The notes: generated by a model not told the origin, from the letters alone. 64,000 nt of DNA from Deferribacterales bacterium (GCA_050253075.1 JBFWJS010000007.1:32001-96000), one strand, 5' to 3'; numbered from the stretch's first letter, positions 48,566-58,161 are shown. A program made the numbers and translations.

Positions 48566-49414
48566 ATGGTCGGTAAACTTCTTTCAAAATCAAGAACCGT
48601 AAAACTGACAATTTTGTTTTCAATGGTTTTGTCCATTGCTGCCGTTGTTGTATTAATAAACGTATACGGTGATAAGCAGCTTAAGCCTGAATCTGATAAG
48701 ATAAAGAGCTTCTATCTCAGCGAAGTTGACGAGATGAGAAGTTTCTGTATGAAGAAGGTTATGGAGCTGGCGGGCAACAAAGACATTATCGAAGCTCTGA
48801 AAACAAGCGACAAGGATAAGTGCATTCATGTGGTGGAAAGCGCCCTTGACGACGTTAACAACAACACTAAATACAGCAACTTCAGAATAAATCTGCACAG
48901 CAATGACATGTCATCCCTGTTCATGAACTGGGACGTACACGAAAGCGGAGACAGGCTGAATCAGTTCAAACATTCCCTCAGGTATGCCAGAAAGACTAAG
49001 AGCGCCGTAGTAGGCTTTGAGGTAGGGCGTTCCGGTCTTTTCATCAGAGCAGTGATGCCTATTTTTGAAAATGATGAATTCATAGGGTCTGTTGAGACAA
49101 TGGCCGGTATTGATTCTATCGTGCAGGACATGTCTGAAAAGGGTGAGCTGATGCTCTTTCTCATGAATGAAAACAAGCTGGACGTGGCGAAACGCCTCAA
49201 AGGTAATGATACTATACACGACCTTGTAATAGCTCAGAAAGCGTTCGATAAGGCACTTTTTCAGCACCTTAGCGATGTCGATACCCATGATCTTTTCACT
49301 AAAGACCACATGAAGCACGAAGGTTTTCTCCTTGCGGGGATACCTATCGTCGATGTAAACGGTCTTGAGACGGGCATCACAGTCGTAGCCAAACCGCTTA
49401 AAACTATCAAGTAA
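48566..49414 (+). CDS. Stand-alone Cache-domain (dCache_3-like) membrane-anchored protein
   Basis: One N-terminal TM; GFEVGRSGLFIRAVMPI..FIGSVE Cache motif; no output domain. Confidence 0.75.
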   Translation: MVGKLLSKSRTVKLTILFSMVLSIAAVVVLINVYGDKQLKPESDKIKSFYLSEVDEMRSFCMKKVMELAGNKDIIEALKTSDKDKCIHVVESALDDVNNNTKYSNFRINLHSNDMSSLFMNWDVHESGDRLNQFKHSLRYARKTKSAVVGFEVGRSGLFIRAVMPIFENDEFIGSVETMAGIDSIVQDMSEKGELMLFLMNENKLDVAKRLKGNDTIHDLVIAQKAFDKALFQHLSDVDTHDLFTKDHMKHEGFLLAGIPIVDVNGLETGITVVAKPLKTIK

Positions 49415-49420
49415 TTCACT

Positions 49421-49460
49421 GTCTGCCGCCGCTTTTCGGGTGACGGCAGACTTTTCTTTT
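49421..49460 (+). terminator. Intrinsic terminator
   Basis: GTCTGCCG..CGGCAGAC followed by TTTTCTTTT. Confidence 0.75.
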
Positions 49461-49542
49461 CACTCTCACTTTTCCTTGAAAATATACGGATTTGCGTCAA
49501 TAATTTAGACACAAAGTATTTTATATTTATAGGGAGTTATAA

Positions 49543-50838
49543 ATGAGTGACCAAGGGAAACCTGATATTCATCTGAACCTAAACGTTAGGGGGCTGCCCC
49601 TTTCCGCAACACTTGCCATAAACGAGCTGAGTAATTCTCTCCGACAGCAGGGGAGAAAGATTTACAAGCTCGGGCTTGGTCAGTCGCCGTTTCCTGTGCC
49701 TCAGTCCGTGGTGAACGAGCTTAAAAACAATGCTCACCAGAAAGACTATCTGCCCGTTCGCGGTCTGCCTGCTCTGCAGGAGGCCATAGCCGAATATTAT
49801 CATAAAACGCAGGGGCTGAACTTTCAGGCCAAGAACATACTCGTAGGACCGGGCTCAAAGGAGCTCATGTTCATCATACAGCTTGTATATTACGGAGATC
49901 TCGTCATCCCGACACCCAGCTGGGTTTCATACGCTCCTCAGGCGCATATTGTCGGACATCATGTCAAATGGCTGAACACCCTTGAGGAGAACGACTGGCT
50001 CCTTATGCCCGAAGAGCTCGAGGCGCTGTGTAAGGAAGACCCGAACAAACCGAGACTGCTGATACTGAACTATCCTAATAACCCCACAGGGGGCACATAT
50101 AACATCGATCAGTTAAAGGCTCTGGCTGAGGTGTGTCGTAAATATAAGGTCGTGATGCTCTCCGACGAGATCTACGGCGAGACAAACCATCAGGGAGACC
50201 ATGTCTCCATAGCAAAGTTTTACCCAGAGGGGACTATCGTCAGCAGCGGACTTTCCAAATGGTGCGGTGCGGGCGGGTGGAGGCTCGGTACATTTGCATT
50301 CCCAGATTCACTCGAGTGGCTGCTTAGCTCTATGGCGTCTGTTGCCAGCGAGACATTCACATCCACCAGTGCGCCGATACAATACGCCGCCGTGCGTGCT
50401 TTCAAGCTGGGGATAGATATCGAGAGATACCTGTGGAACAGCCGTAAGATACTCCGCCAGCTGGGCGGGCTGGTGCATAAGATACTCGTAGAGGGTGATG
50501 TGCGCTGTGCCGCTCCGAAGGGGGGCTTTTACCTCTTTCCAAATTTCGAACACTATAGAGAAGCGCTGAAAAGCAGACAGATAATGAATGCAGATCAGCT
50601 TTGTCAGAGACTGTTGAATGACGTCGGCGTTGCTATACTGCCGGGGACAGCTTTCGGCAGACCGCAGAATGAGCTGACAGCCAGACTCTCATACGTGGAT
50701 TTTGACGGTGCGAGGGCTCTCTCTGCGCTGGAGACTCAGGCACCTGACTATGAGCCTGACGAGGCATTCATAAGACAGTATTGCGGTGAGAACATCATTG
50801 CGATGGAAAAGACAGTGGAATGGCTGAAAAACGGCTAG
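49543..50838 (+). CDS. PLP-dependent aminotransferase class I/II
   Basis: LNYPNNPTG, SDEIY and SGLSKWCGAGGWRLG motifs. Confidence 0.93.
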   Translation: MSDQGKPDIHLNLNVRGLPLSATLAINELSNSLRQQGRKIYKLGLGQSPFPVPQSVVNELKNNAHQKDYLPVRGLPALQEAIAEYYHKTQGLNFQAKNILVGPGSKELMFIIQLVYYGDLVIPTPSWVSYAPQAHIVGHHVKWLNTLEENDWLLMPEELEALCKEDPNKPRLLILNYPNNPTGGTYNIDQLKALAEVCRKYKVVMLSDEIYGETNHQGDHVSIAKFYPEGTIVSSGLSKWCGAGGWRLGTFAFPDSLEWLLSSMASVASETFTSTSAPIQYAAVRAFKLGIDIERYLWNSRKILRQLGGLVHKILVEGDVRCAAPKGGFYLFPNFEHYREALKSRQIMNADQLCQRLLNDVGVAILPGTAFGRPQNELTARLSYVDFDGARALSALETQAPDYEPDEAFIRQYCGENIIAMEKTVEWLKNG

Positions 50839-50862
50839 AAAAAGCTAAGCCCTCTTAAAGAG

Positions 50863-51145
50863 CAAGGTGTTCGAAGGATATGTTGATATATACGTAAGTA
50901 AGAGTCACTCTGAGGAGCCTAGCGACGTGAGAGTCTCATGGCTTTTGATAAGCAAAACCTCATAGTCACTGTGACGTTAGCGCTTGATTAGCAATAGCTT
51001 TAGATTCTTACGCCTGTGTGCAGGCTCAGAATGACAATTTAAAATCTCTTTGAAACAAAAAAATCCCCAATCTTTTATTAAGACTGGGGATTTTGTATTC
51101 TATTGAAATATTATCTCGTCATAATCCTATCCTGCAGCAAGCTAA
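50863..51145 (-). mobile_element. Divergent MITE copy 4 (reverse orientation) in a terminator hairpin
   Basis: 10-bp direct repeat TCTTAAAGAG (50853-50862, 51146-51155); empty site AAGCCCTCT-TAA-AGAGGGCTT; CCCCAATC..GACTGGGG hairpin at 51060-51094; REP arms at 50904-50936 and 51002-51035. Confidence 0.75.
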
Positions 51146-51162
51146 TCTTAAAGAGGGCTTTT

Positions 51163-51600
51163 TTATATCTTTGTGATGAGGATGCTGATAGGGCAGTGGC
51201 GCAGTATCTTCCCTGCTGTGCTGCCGTGTACGATGCGTTTGAACCCGCCTTCGCCGTGGGAGCCGATGACCACAAGGTCGTAGTCGCCGTCTTCCATCTC
51301 GTAAAGAGCCTCTATGTACGGCGTGCCTCTGCGGACATAGCTTTCCCACTCCATATCTTTCAGAACAGGTATATCGTCTTCAAGTTTGTTAAAGTTTTCT
51401 TCAACTTCCTGATCAATCTTTTTCTTAATTTCTTTATACTGGCTTTCATTTATGTATAGAGAAAACTGGCTCTGGTCGTGGGCTACGTGCAGAACGGTGA
51501 GCTTGCTCCCCTGGCACTTTGCTATCTTTGCTGCTTCTTCCACAGCCTTTTTGGAATAATCGCTGAAATCGGTCAAAGTAAGAATGTGTTTGTAACTCAT
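51163..51600 (-). CDS. Universal stress protein
   Basis: ILTLTDFSDYS and DLVVIGSHG..GSTAGKILRHCP motifs. Confidence 0.92.
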   Translation of the reverse strand: MSYKHILTLTDFSDYSKKAVEEAAKIAKCQGSKLTVLHVAHDQSQFSLYINESQYKEIKKKIDQEVEENFNKLEDDIPVLKDMEWESYVRRGTPYIEALYEMEDGDYDLVVIGSHGEGGFKRIVHGSTAGKILRHCPISILITKI

Positions 51601-51704
51601 TTAATAAACTCCTTAAAGGTTATATTAATTATAAGCTCCCATCTCTCCTATTTCAAGTTAACTGTCCCTTTGAAATTTTTACGGCTTATGCTATTGTGTT
51701 GTTC

Positions 51705-52145
51705 ATGAAAAATAATAAATTTATGCTGATCATGCTGTCGATATTTCTGTTTAGCTCACAGGTTTTTGCGGCGGAGAAGTTTGTGAGGAAATATTCTGAG
51801 GATATAGACCTGACAAAAAGCTCTGTAGAGGCGGATGTCGGCAGATACCATATAAAGGCGGATATGTCCCGCCCTGCGAAACCTTTCAGGGAGATCGTAT
51901 TCAGATTTCACATCACCCGTGACGGCGAACCCGTTGCTTTGGACGAGGGCGAGGTGAAGTTTAATATGGTGATGGATATGGGGCTTTACAAAGCCCGCCT
52001 GCAGAAAGCCGCCACTGGATATTCCGCTAAGATAACACTGCCTAAGTGCATCTTCGGCGGGGAGAGATGGTTTGCAAAGCTGGAATTCGAAGAGGGTAAA
52101 TTCTCTGCGGAGAAGGTCTTCCTCTTTGACATGGACGAAAAATAA
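51705..52145 (+). CDS. Exported hypothetical protein (FixH/YtkA-like, possibly Cu-related)
   Basis: Signal peptide (AFA-type VFA site); FNMVMDMG Met motif and LPKC; upstream of a DsbD_2-type gene. Confidence 0.65.
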   Translation: MKNNKFMLIMLSIFLFSSQVFAAEKFVRKYSEDIDLTKSSVEADVGRYHIKADMSRPAKPFREIVFRFHITRDGEPVALDEGEVKFNMVMDMGLYKARLQKAATGYSAKITLPKCIFGGERWFAKLEFEEGKFSAEKVFLFDMDEK

Positions 52146-52167
52146 ATGGAAGAGCTGACATATATCC

Positions 52168-52264
52168 GTCACTGCGAGGAAGCTGTGCTTACGAAGCAGT
52201 CTTATACTTTTGAACTATACAATGTCGGAAGATTGCCGCAGCCATTGCATGGCTTCGCAATGAC
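52168..52264. repeat. REP-like palindromic element (GTCACTGCGAG...TTCGCAATGAC)
   Basis: Same family as 527-615. Flanked by the 18-bp direct repeat ATGGAAGAGCTGACATAT. Confidence 0.85.
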
Positions 52265-52283
52265 TGATCATAAGGGCTGACAT

Positions 52284-52943
52284 ATGGAAGAGCTGACATA
52301 TCTGGGTTTTTTGACGATGGGCTTTTCTGTGGGGTTCGGGCACTGCATAGGCATGTGTCACCCGTTTGTACTATATGTTTCGGGAAGATTTGTCGGTGAG
52401 AGGAAAGGGTATTCCGCTCTTTTCATACCACATATAAAATATAACCTCGGACGCATCATCACATACGGATTCCTCGGGCTTATCGCAGGATTTGCGGGGG
52501 ATATGATGTCTGTGGTAGGGCGTCTTATGGGTATACAGAAAGGTGCTGCGATCGTCGCAGGTGCTTTTCTGGTTTTATACGGCGTTTTGTCCTTCATCGG
52601 ATATAACTTTATGAACAAGCTGGAGCATAAGCTCGCCGGCGGAGCATTCGTGGCGAAGCTGAAAAAGTTTCAGCCGAAGTCTGCACTGGCAACGGGGCTC
52701 GTCCTCGGATTTCTGCCATGCGGACCGCTCTATGGGATGATAATAGCATCAGCCTCCACAGCAAGCGCGCCCAGAGGCTTTTTGTCTATGATACTTTATG
52801 GATTGGGGACGTCTGTCGCTATGATGACGACGTCAGTTTTCGGAAATTATTTAATGTCCCGCAGGGGACTATTTAACCTGTTATCATTGATACTCATGGT
52901 CTGCATGGGTGTATTCTTCATATGGTCAGGGATAAGGATGTGA
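52284..52943 (+). CDS. Sulfite exporter TauE/SafE-like (DsbD_2) membrane protein, typical cbb3 biogenesis neighbour
   Basis: GHCIGMC, YNLGRIITY, GFLPCGPLY and YGLGT motifs. Confidence 0.88.
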   Translation: MEELTYLGFLTMGFSVGFGHCIGMCHPFVLYVSGRFVGERKGYSALFIPHIKYNLGRIITYGFLGLIAGFAGDMMSVVGRLMGIQKGAAIVAGAFLVLYGVLSFIGYNFMNKLEHKLAGGAFVAKLKKFQPKSALATGLVLGFLPCGPLYGMIIASASTASAPRGFLSMILYGLGTSVAMMTTSVFGNYLMSRRGLFNLLSLILMVCMGVFFIWSGIRM

Positions 52944-52944
52944 C

Positions 52945-53820
52945 ATGAACAAGGGAGTTTTCTTTATACTAGCTGCTGCCGTACTCTGGGGAACTACAGG
53001 TACGACACAGGCTTTCGCACCGATGGATGCTTCGCCCCTCACAGTGGGCACAATGAGACTGCTGGTGGGCGGTGTAGGTCTGATGATAGTTGCCGTAATA
53101 GGGCGGTCATTCACAGGAAGCAGGTTTAACCCGTTTTTAGTAATATTAGGCGCGGCTCTCGTCGCTTTATATCAGATAGCCTTCTTCTCCGCCGTGAAGA
53201 TGACAGGCGTTGCCGTCGGCACTATCGTAGCGATAGGCAGCGGTCCTGCATTTGCGGGTGTTCTCAGCCGACTCATACTCAAAGAGCATCTTAATAAAAA
53301 GTGGTACTTTTCGACACTGCTCGCCGTAATAGGCTGTACGTTCCTCGTGCTTTCGGGCGGTGCCGATGTTTCCATTAATCCTTTCGGTATACTCTGCGCC
53401 CTTACATCCGGTTTCGGCTATGCGGGCTATACTATGGTGGTGAAGGTTATGCTGGAAAGAGCGAGGGGGAATGCCATCATGTCTCTGCTCTTTGTGGGCG
53501 GAGCTCTGATAATGCTCCCTGTGCTGTTCATATACGACATGTCCTGGCTGTTTACCCCGAGGGGAGCCGCTTCTATGGCTTATCTGGGTATATTCACGAC
53601 AACCGTATCATACATATTCTTTGCTAAGGGGCTTAAGCTGATCTCTGTGGCGAAGACGACGACACTCTCTCTGGGAGAGCCTCTTACGGCTTCTCTGCTC
53701 GGTATAATAGTACTAGGGGAAACACTCAACTCTATGGTTGTGGCGGGTATCCTGTGCCTGTTTACGGGGATTGCTGTGCTCAGCGTAGAGAGGAAGAAAT
53801 CACCTGTTAATGCGGAGTGA
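52945..53820 (+). CDS. EamA/DMT family transporter
   Basis: AAVLWGTTG, GVAVGTIVAIGSGP and LSLGEPL motifs. Confidence 0.9.
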   Translation: MNKGVFFILAAAVLWGTTGTTQAFAPMDASPLTVGTMRLLVGGVGLMIVAVIGRSFTGSRFNPFLVILGAALVALYQIAFFSAVKMTGVAVGTIVAIGSGPAFAGVLSRLILKEHLNKKWYFSTLLAVIGCTFLVLSGGADVSINPFGILCALTSGFGYAGYTMVVKVMLERARGNAIMSLLFVGGALIMLPVLFIYDMSWLFTPRGAASMAYLGIFTTTVSYIFFAKGLKLISVAKTTTLSLGEPLTASLLGIIVLGETLNSMVVAGILCLFTGIAVLSVERKKSPVNAE

Positions 53821-56229
53821 GTTGAAGACAACTGCGAGGCTGCTGACGCTCATTAAAGCTGCGGAGAATACAGGGTGGATGGTGCCTGTCACTGCGAGGG
53901 GAACCATCACTATGTTGTATGAAAAAGCCCAGAAGAGGTTCTGCTTTATAACTCTCAGTGTGATCACTGATGTGTCATAAACTGTTGCGACCAGCTTCAG
54001 CTCGTCTCTCATAAGTACGATGTCGGAGCTTTCTATGGCTATATCTGTCCCTTTACCTATCGCTATGCCCACATCAGCCGTGGTGAGTGCCGGTGCGTCG
54101 TTTATGCCGTCGCCCACCATTGCGCAGACCTTTCCGTCTTTCTGAAATGATTTAACCACGTCTGCTTTTTCAAAAGGGGTAACTTCGGCAATGTATGTAA
54201 GGTTTGGTATGGCTAGCCTTTCCACCAGCTTTGCTGCTGCCTGTTCGTTATCGCCTGTTAGTATAACTGTCTGTACGTTTCTCTTGGACAGCTGTTTCAG
54301 CATTTCTACGGCATCTTTCCTTATGGTGTCGGACAGGGTCATAAAACCGCCGAACTCGCCGTTGATGGATACGCATGCGGCTGTGTAGCCGTTCTTTATA
54401 TGCTCCATGACCTCATCATCCGGTGTCTGTACGCCGTTTTCCTTCAGGTATGATAATGTACCCGCCAGAACATTAAGACCGCTTACAGAGCCGCTGAGCC
54501 CTTTACCCGGGTGTTCTTTGAAATTCTCTACTGGGAGGAACTCGTCCAGATATTCACCAGTGATTGCCTTTGCTATCAGGTGTGATGAGTGCCTTTCGAG
54601 GGAGGCTGTTATTTTAAGGAAGTCTTCACGGGTGCTGACGATGTTTTCAACCTTCAGCTCGCCCTTAGTTATTGTTCCTGTTTTATCGAATATTATAGTA
54701 TTTGCTCTGCTGAGTATCTCGATGATGTCGCCTGCTTTAGCCACTGCGCCCAGCTTCGTTATCTTAGAAGTGGCGATGAGTATCGCAAGGGGCGTAGCGA
54801 GACCGAGAGCGCACGGACATGCTATTACCAGCACGGATACGGCGTTCATGGTGGATGTGAGCACCTCGCTCGAATAGTAATACCACCCTGCGAATGTCAG
54901 GAAGCCTATGGTGATGATTGTCGGGACAAACCAGCCGACGACCTTATCTGCGACGTTCTGTATTGGTGCTTTGGCTGACTGTGCATCCTCCACCGCCTGT
55001 ACTATGCGTGAGAGGGTGGTTGTTGCCCCTGTATGTTCCACCTGAATGATCAGCTTTCCATTTATGTTGCCCGTACCTGCGAATACCTTTGCGTCTGCAC
55101 CTTTTGTCTGCGGGAGCGGTTCGCCTGTGAGCATGGATTCGTTCACCTCGGATGTGCCGTATAGCACAATGCCGTCAGCAGGGATGGAATCCCCGGGTAA
55201 AACCTCAAGGATATCGCCGTGGCGTATCTGCTTAACGGGGACAGTTTCAGAGGATATCCTGCCCGATGTATAGGCATCTATATCAAAATCGGCGATATAC
55301 CGAACCTGTGTTGGCTGATATGTCAGCAGTTTTGATACTGCGTTGGAAGTCTTTGCCTTTGCTCCTGCCTCTATGTATCTGCCGAGGAGGATGAGGGTTA
55401 TTATCATCGATGCCGTGTCGAAGTAGACCTCTCTGTCGAGGAACAGTGCGAATATACTGTATATGTATGCTGCGGACGAACCCATGAATATAAGGGTGTC
55501 CATAGTGGTGTGGCCGCGCTTTATAGCAGCGAGTGAGCTCCGCATGAAGGGAAGCCCGGAATAGAATATGACAGGTGTGCTGAGAAGCCAAGCTGCGTAT
55601 TGAAACATGGTGCGCAGACCTGTGTCTATCCCCTGAAAGTAGCCCGCATAGAGTGCTACTGTGTATATCATAAGCTGCATGCTGAAGAATGCGCCGATGG
55701 AAAACCGGAAGAAGTAATCCTTCTTCTCTTTTTCATATATTGTGGCTGTGCCTGATTCGCTTATGGGGAGAGGGCAGTATCCTATGGATGAGATCCTGTC
55801 GATGATCTCCCGCAGAGTTATCACACCTTTTGTCCAGCGGATTTTCGCCTTGTGCGTGGCATAGTTTACACGCACGGATTCTATGCCTTCCGCTTTTGAA
55901 AGGTATGTCTCTATAAGCCAAATACATGCGGCACACCTGATGCCTGAGAGGGCCAGATTAACCTCGTATCCCGTGTCGGTCTCGAGAACAGCGTCTATGA
56001 AGAGCTCTTCGGAGACATTCGACTTAACAACGGCTCCCGGCTCCCAGCTTTCGTCCCTTTTGGAGTAAAACTTTGAAAAGCCTTCCTCCTGAAGGAGCTT
56101 GTAAACACTGGAGCAGCCGGGGCAGCAAAAATAACATTCTTTTCCGTTTACTTCCTCGACTATCGCCTGATTACGGTTTGTCTCCAGCAGACAGTGCGAG
56201 CAGGTAACTGTTTTTTCGGCAGACGACAA
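53800..56229 (-). CDS. ccoI: P1B-type Cu-translocating ATPase (CcoI/FixI)
   Basis: CSHC/CCPGC and CAAC metal-binding domains; TGE, CPC, DKTGT and GDGIND motifs; last gene of the cco operon. Confidence 0.92.
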   Translation of the reverse strand: MSSAEKTVTCSHCLLETNRNQAIVEEVNGKECYFCCPGCSSVYKLLQEEGFSKFYSKRDESWEPGAVVKSNVSEELFIDAVLETDTGYEVNLALSGIRCAACIWLIETYLSKAEGIESVRVNYATHKAKIRWTKGVITLREIIDRISSIGYCPLPISESGTATIYEKEKKDYFFRFSIGAFFSMQLMIYTVALYAGYFQGIDTGLRTMFQYAAWLLSTPVIFYSGLPFMRSSLAAIKRGHTTMDTLIFMGSSAAYIYSIFALFLDREVYFDTASMIITLILLGRYIEAGAKAKTSNAVSKLLTYQPTQVRYIADFDIDAYTSGRISSETVPVKQIRHGDILEVLPGDSIPADGIVLYGTSEVNESMLTGEPLPQTKGADAKVFAGTGNINGKLIIQVEHTGATTTLSRIVQAVEDAQSAKAPIQNVADKVVGWFVPTIITIGFLTFAGWYYYSSEVLTSTMNAVSVLVIACPCALGLATPLAILIATSKITKLGAVAKAGDIIEILSRANTIIFDKTGTITKGELKVENIVSTREDFLKITASLERHSSHLIAKAITGEYLDEFLPVENFKEHPGKGLSGSVSGLNVLAGTLSYLKENGVQTPDDEVMEHIKNGYTAACVSINGEFGGFMTLSDTIRKDAVEMLKQLSKRNVQTVILTGDNEQAAAKLVERLAIPNLTYIAEVTPFEKADVVKSFQKDGKVCAMVGDGINDAPALTTADVGIAIGKGTDIAIESSDIVLMRDELKLVATVYDTSVITLRVIKQNLFWAFSYNIVMVPLAVTGTIHPVFSAALMSVSSLAVVFNSLRINR

Positions 56230-56397
56230 CTAGTCCCCCTTCTTGGCGGGGATGTCTTCCTCGTCATCGTCCAGCATACGGTATTTCGGCCCCTCAATGT
56301 CATCAAATTCACCTGATTTTGATGCCCAGAGGAAGATGATAAGCACTATCACGCCGAGTATCAGCGAGATAGGTATCATCATGTAAAGTGCGCCCAT
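56230..56397 (-). CDS. ccoS: cbb3 oxidase maturation protein CcoS (55 aa; absent from ORF track)
   Basis: MGALYMMIPISLILGVIVLIIFLWASKSGEFDDIEGPKYRMLDDD. Confidence 0.9.
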   Translation of the reverse strand: MGALYMMIPISLILGVIVLIIFLWASKSGEFDDIEGPKYRMLDDDEEDIPAKKGD

Positions 56398-56483
56398 CAG
56401 TTAGCGTATTTCAGTGCGTAAAACAGAGGGAGCCCTATCATAGATATAAGCGAGAGTATCATTACTATTGTTCCGATTCTCAT
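56397..56483 (-). CDS. 28-aa hydrophobic microprotein
   Basis: AGGAGGA RBS; MRIGTIVMILSLISMIGLPLFYALKYAN; TGATG coupling to ccoS. Confidence 0.7.
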   Translation of the reverse strand: MRIGTIVMILSLISMIGLPLFYALKYAN

Positions 56484-56503
56484 AATAAAATCCTCCTGAT
56501 GTA

Positions 56504-56938
56504 TTAGTTGATATAAAAACTCTTCTGAAGGCTAACTTCTTGACCGTTTAATTTTCCTTTAGCCTTCAGAATGTGATAACCCTTTGTATTAAGGGTGACG
56601 ACGGTTTCGTAAACACCTTCGTCAGCCATTTTTGTGTTCAGCTTTTGTATCTCGTGGTCGGATGCGGGTCTTGTGATGTAAAACTCGGGGTCTGTGAAGT
56701 CCGCACCGCTGTTTTTATCCAGCATGAACTGCAGACTGACCATATTATCCGTGGTGACACAGCTCAGCACATCTAGATCGAGACCGTTTTCTGCTATCAG
56801 CTTTTTATCTTCGTCATATTTCAGCCCTGATTCATAAGGCTGTTCTACGACCTTACCGTCGAAGTATTTTATGCCTATGTATATGGACGGGGCTATTGTC
56901 ATAAATCCTATGAGGAATATTATCAGGCTTACTTTCAT
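56504..56938 (-). CDS. ccoH: FixH/CcoH family protein
   Basis: N-terminal TM, DGKVVEQPYESGLKY and TRPA; follows ccoG. Confidence 0.75.
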   Translation of the reverse strand: MKVSLIIFLIGFMTIAPSIYIGIKYFDGKVVEQPYESGLKYDEDKKLIAENGLDLDVLSCVTTDNMVSLQFMLDKNSGADFTDPEFYITRPASDHEIQKLNTKMADEGVYETVVTLNTKGYHILKAKGKLNGQEVSLQKSFYIN

Positions 56939-58161
56939 TAGTTCTTCCTTCTTATCGGTCTGCGGAAGCTCAGCTCGCTTTCGAGCGGCTTGCCGTCTTT
57001 GTCATTGCCTATGGAGAGCATTTTCAGGTTAAGTATAGGCTTCTTTTCCAGCTCTGATGCAGGGATGAAGAGGAACACCTTCTCTTTCAGTGTTTCATCC
57101 GGAGCGACAACCAGCGGCTGCGGATACTGGAGCTCATAGTTTTCATAATCTTTCAGCTTAAGCTGTACTGTCAGATTTTTCTTTGTAAGGTTTTTCAGCA
57201 TTATTTCGTAAGAGTTTATTACCTGATCATCCTTATACCTCGGCAGGAATGACGAGTTAGGGAACACCTGAAACTCGTACGGCTTCATGGTGAGAGCCAT
57301 AAACACGAATCCTGCGAAGAAGAGGAGGGTGATGAAACCCGTGATCAGTACGTTAGTACGGAAAGGCTTCTTAGTATTGCCGAAACCGTAGATGTAGTCT
57401 ATCAGAGTAGGCACGTCTTCGTCCTCTCTGGTCATTGTCTTTGTACAGGCGGAGATGCATCGTCCGCAGTTGATACACTGGCTGTCCATCCCCTGACGTA
57501 TATCGATGTTTACGGGGCAGGTGGTGACGCAGGCGTCGCACTTTACGCACTTATAGCTGGTTTCCGGGTCCATAGCGATGATCAGGGTGTGATCGTCGAA
57601 CATGACAGACTGAAACTTTGAATAAGGGCAGATAGTGGTGCAGAACCTGTATCTGATCAGGGTAAAGTTAAGGTATGTAAGCACAGTGAGCACTATGAAG
57701 AACCACATGGTGATGCTTCCGAGTGTGCCGTTAATTATGCCTGCGAAAAACTCGTAAGGCGATACAAAGTACCAGACCATAGAGCCTCCGAGGAGGGCGC
57801 TTATCGCTATTGTCGCTATATGATATAAAAGCTTTGTGAGAAAGCCGAGATTTTTCTTTTCAAGGAACTTTGTCCAGTTCATCACAACTGTCTGAGGACA
57901 GAGCCATCCGCACCATATACGGCCGTAAAGCTGTGTGATGACTATTATAAGGAACGTAAGCAGAAACGTGAATATGAGAACGATGAAGAAGTTCTCTATA
58001 TAAATAGTCTTACCGAAGAAGAGGAGCCCGAGCGACGGTATGTCGAATCGGAATACGCTCTCTCCGTTTATGCGCACAAAGGGGATGAAGAGATAGAAGG
58101 CAGTCCATATGATGCGGACTATCCATCTCTTTTGCTGAAGGTCGAGTCCGTTACTTTTCAT
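56938..58161 (-). CDS. ccoG: cbb3 accessory 4Fe-4S membrane protein CcoG/FixG
   Basis: GRIWCGWLCPQT, FCTTICPY, CVKCDACVTTCP and CINCGRCISAC motifs. Confidence 0.92.
   Translation of the reverse strand: MKSNGLDLQQKRWIVRIIWTAFYLFIPFVRINGESVFRFDIPSLGLLFFGKTIYIENFFIVLIFTFLLTFLIIVITQLYGRIWCGWLCPQTVVMNWTKFLEKKNLGFLTKLLYHIATIAISALLGGSMVWYFVSPYEFFAGIINGTLGSITMWFFIVLTVLTYLNFTLIRYRFCTTICPYSKFQSVMFDDHTLIIAMDPETSYKCVKCDACVTTCPVNIDIRQGMDSQCINCGRCISACTKTMTREDEDVPTLIDYIYGFGNTKKPFRTNVLITGFITLLFFAGFVFMALTMKPYEFQVFPNSSFLPRYKDDQVINSYEIMLKNLTKKNLTVQLKLKDYENYELQYPQPLVVAPDETLKEKVFLFIPASELEKKPILNLKMLSIGNDKDGKPLESELSFRRPIRRKN

Noticed and set aside
2520..51145. Dispersed palindromic repeats as a CRISPR array or integron attC sites
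   Set aside because: They are not tandem or regularly spaced, there is no cas or integrase gene, and no attC RYYYAAC/GTTRRRY cores are evident.
52278..52280. In-frame TGA as selenocysteine or programmed readthrough
   Set aside because: It lies in duplicated, REP-adjacent sequence, is not at a conserved Cys position, and no clear SECIS is visible.
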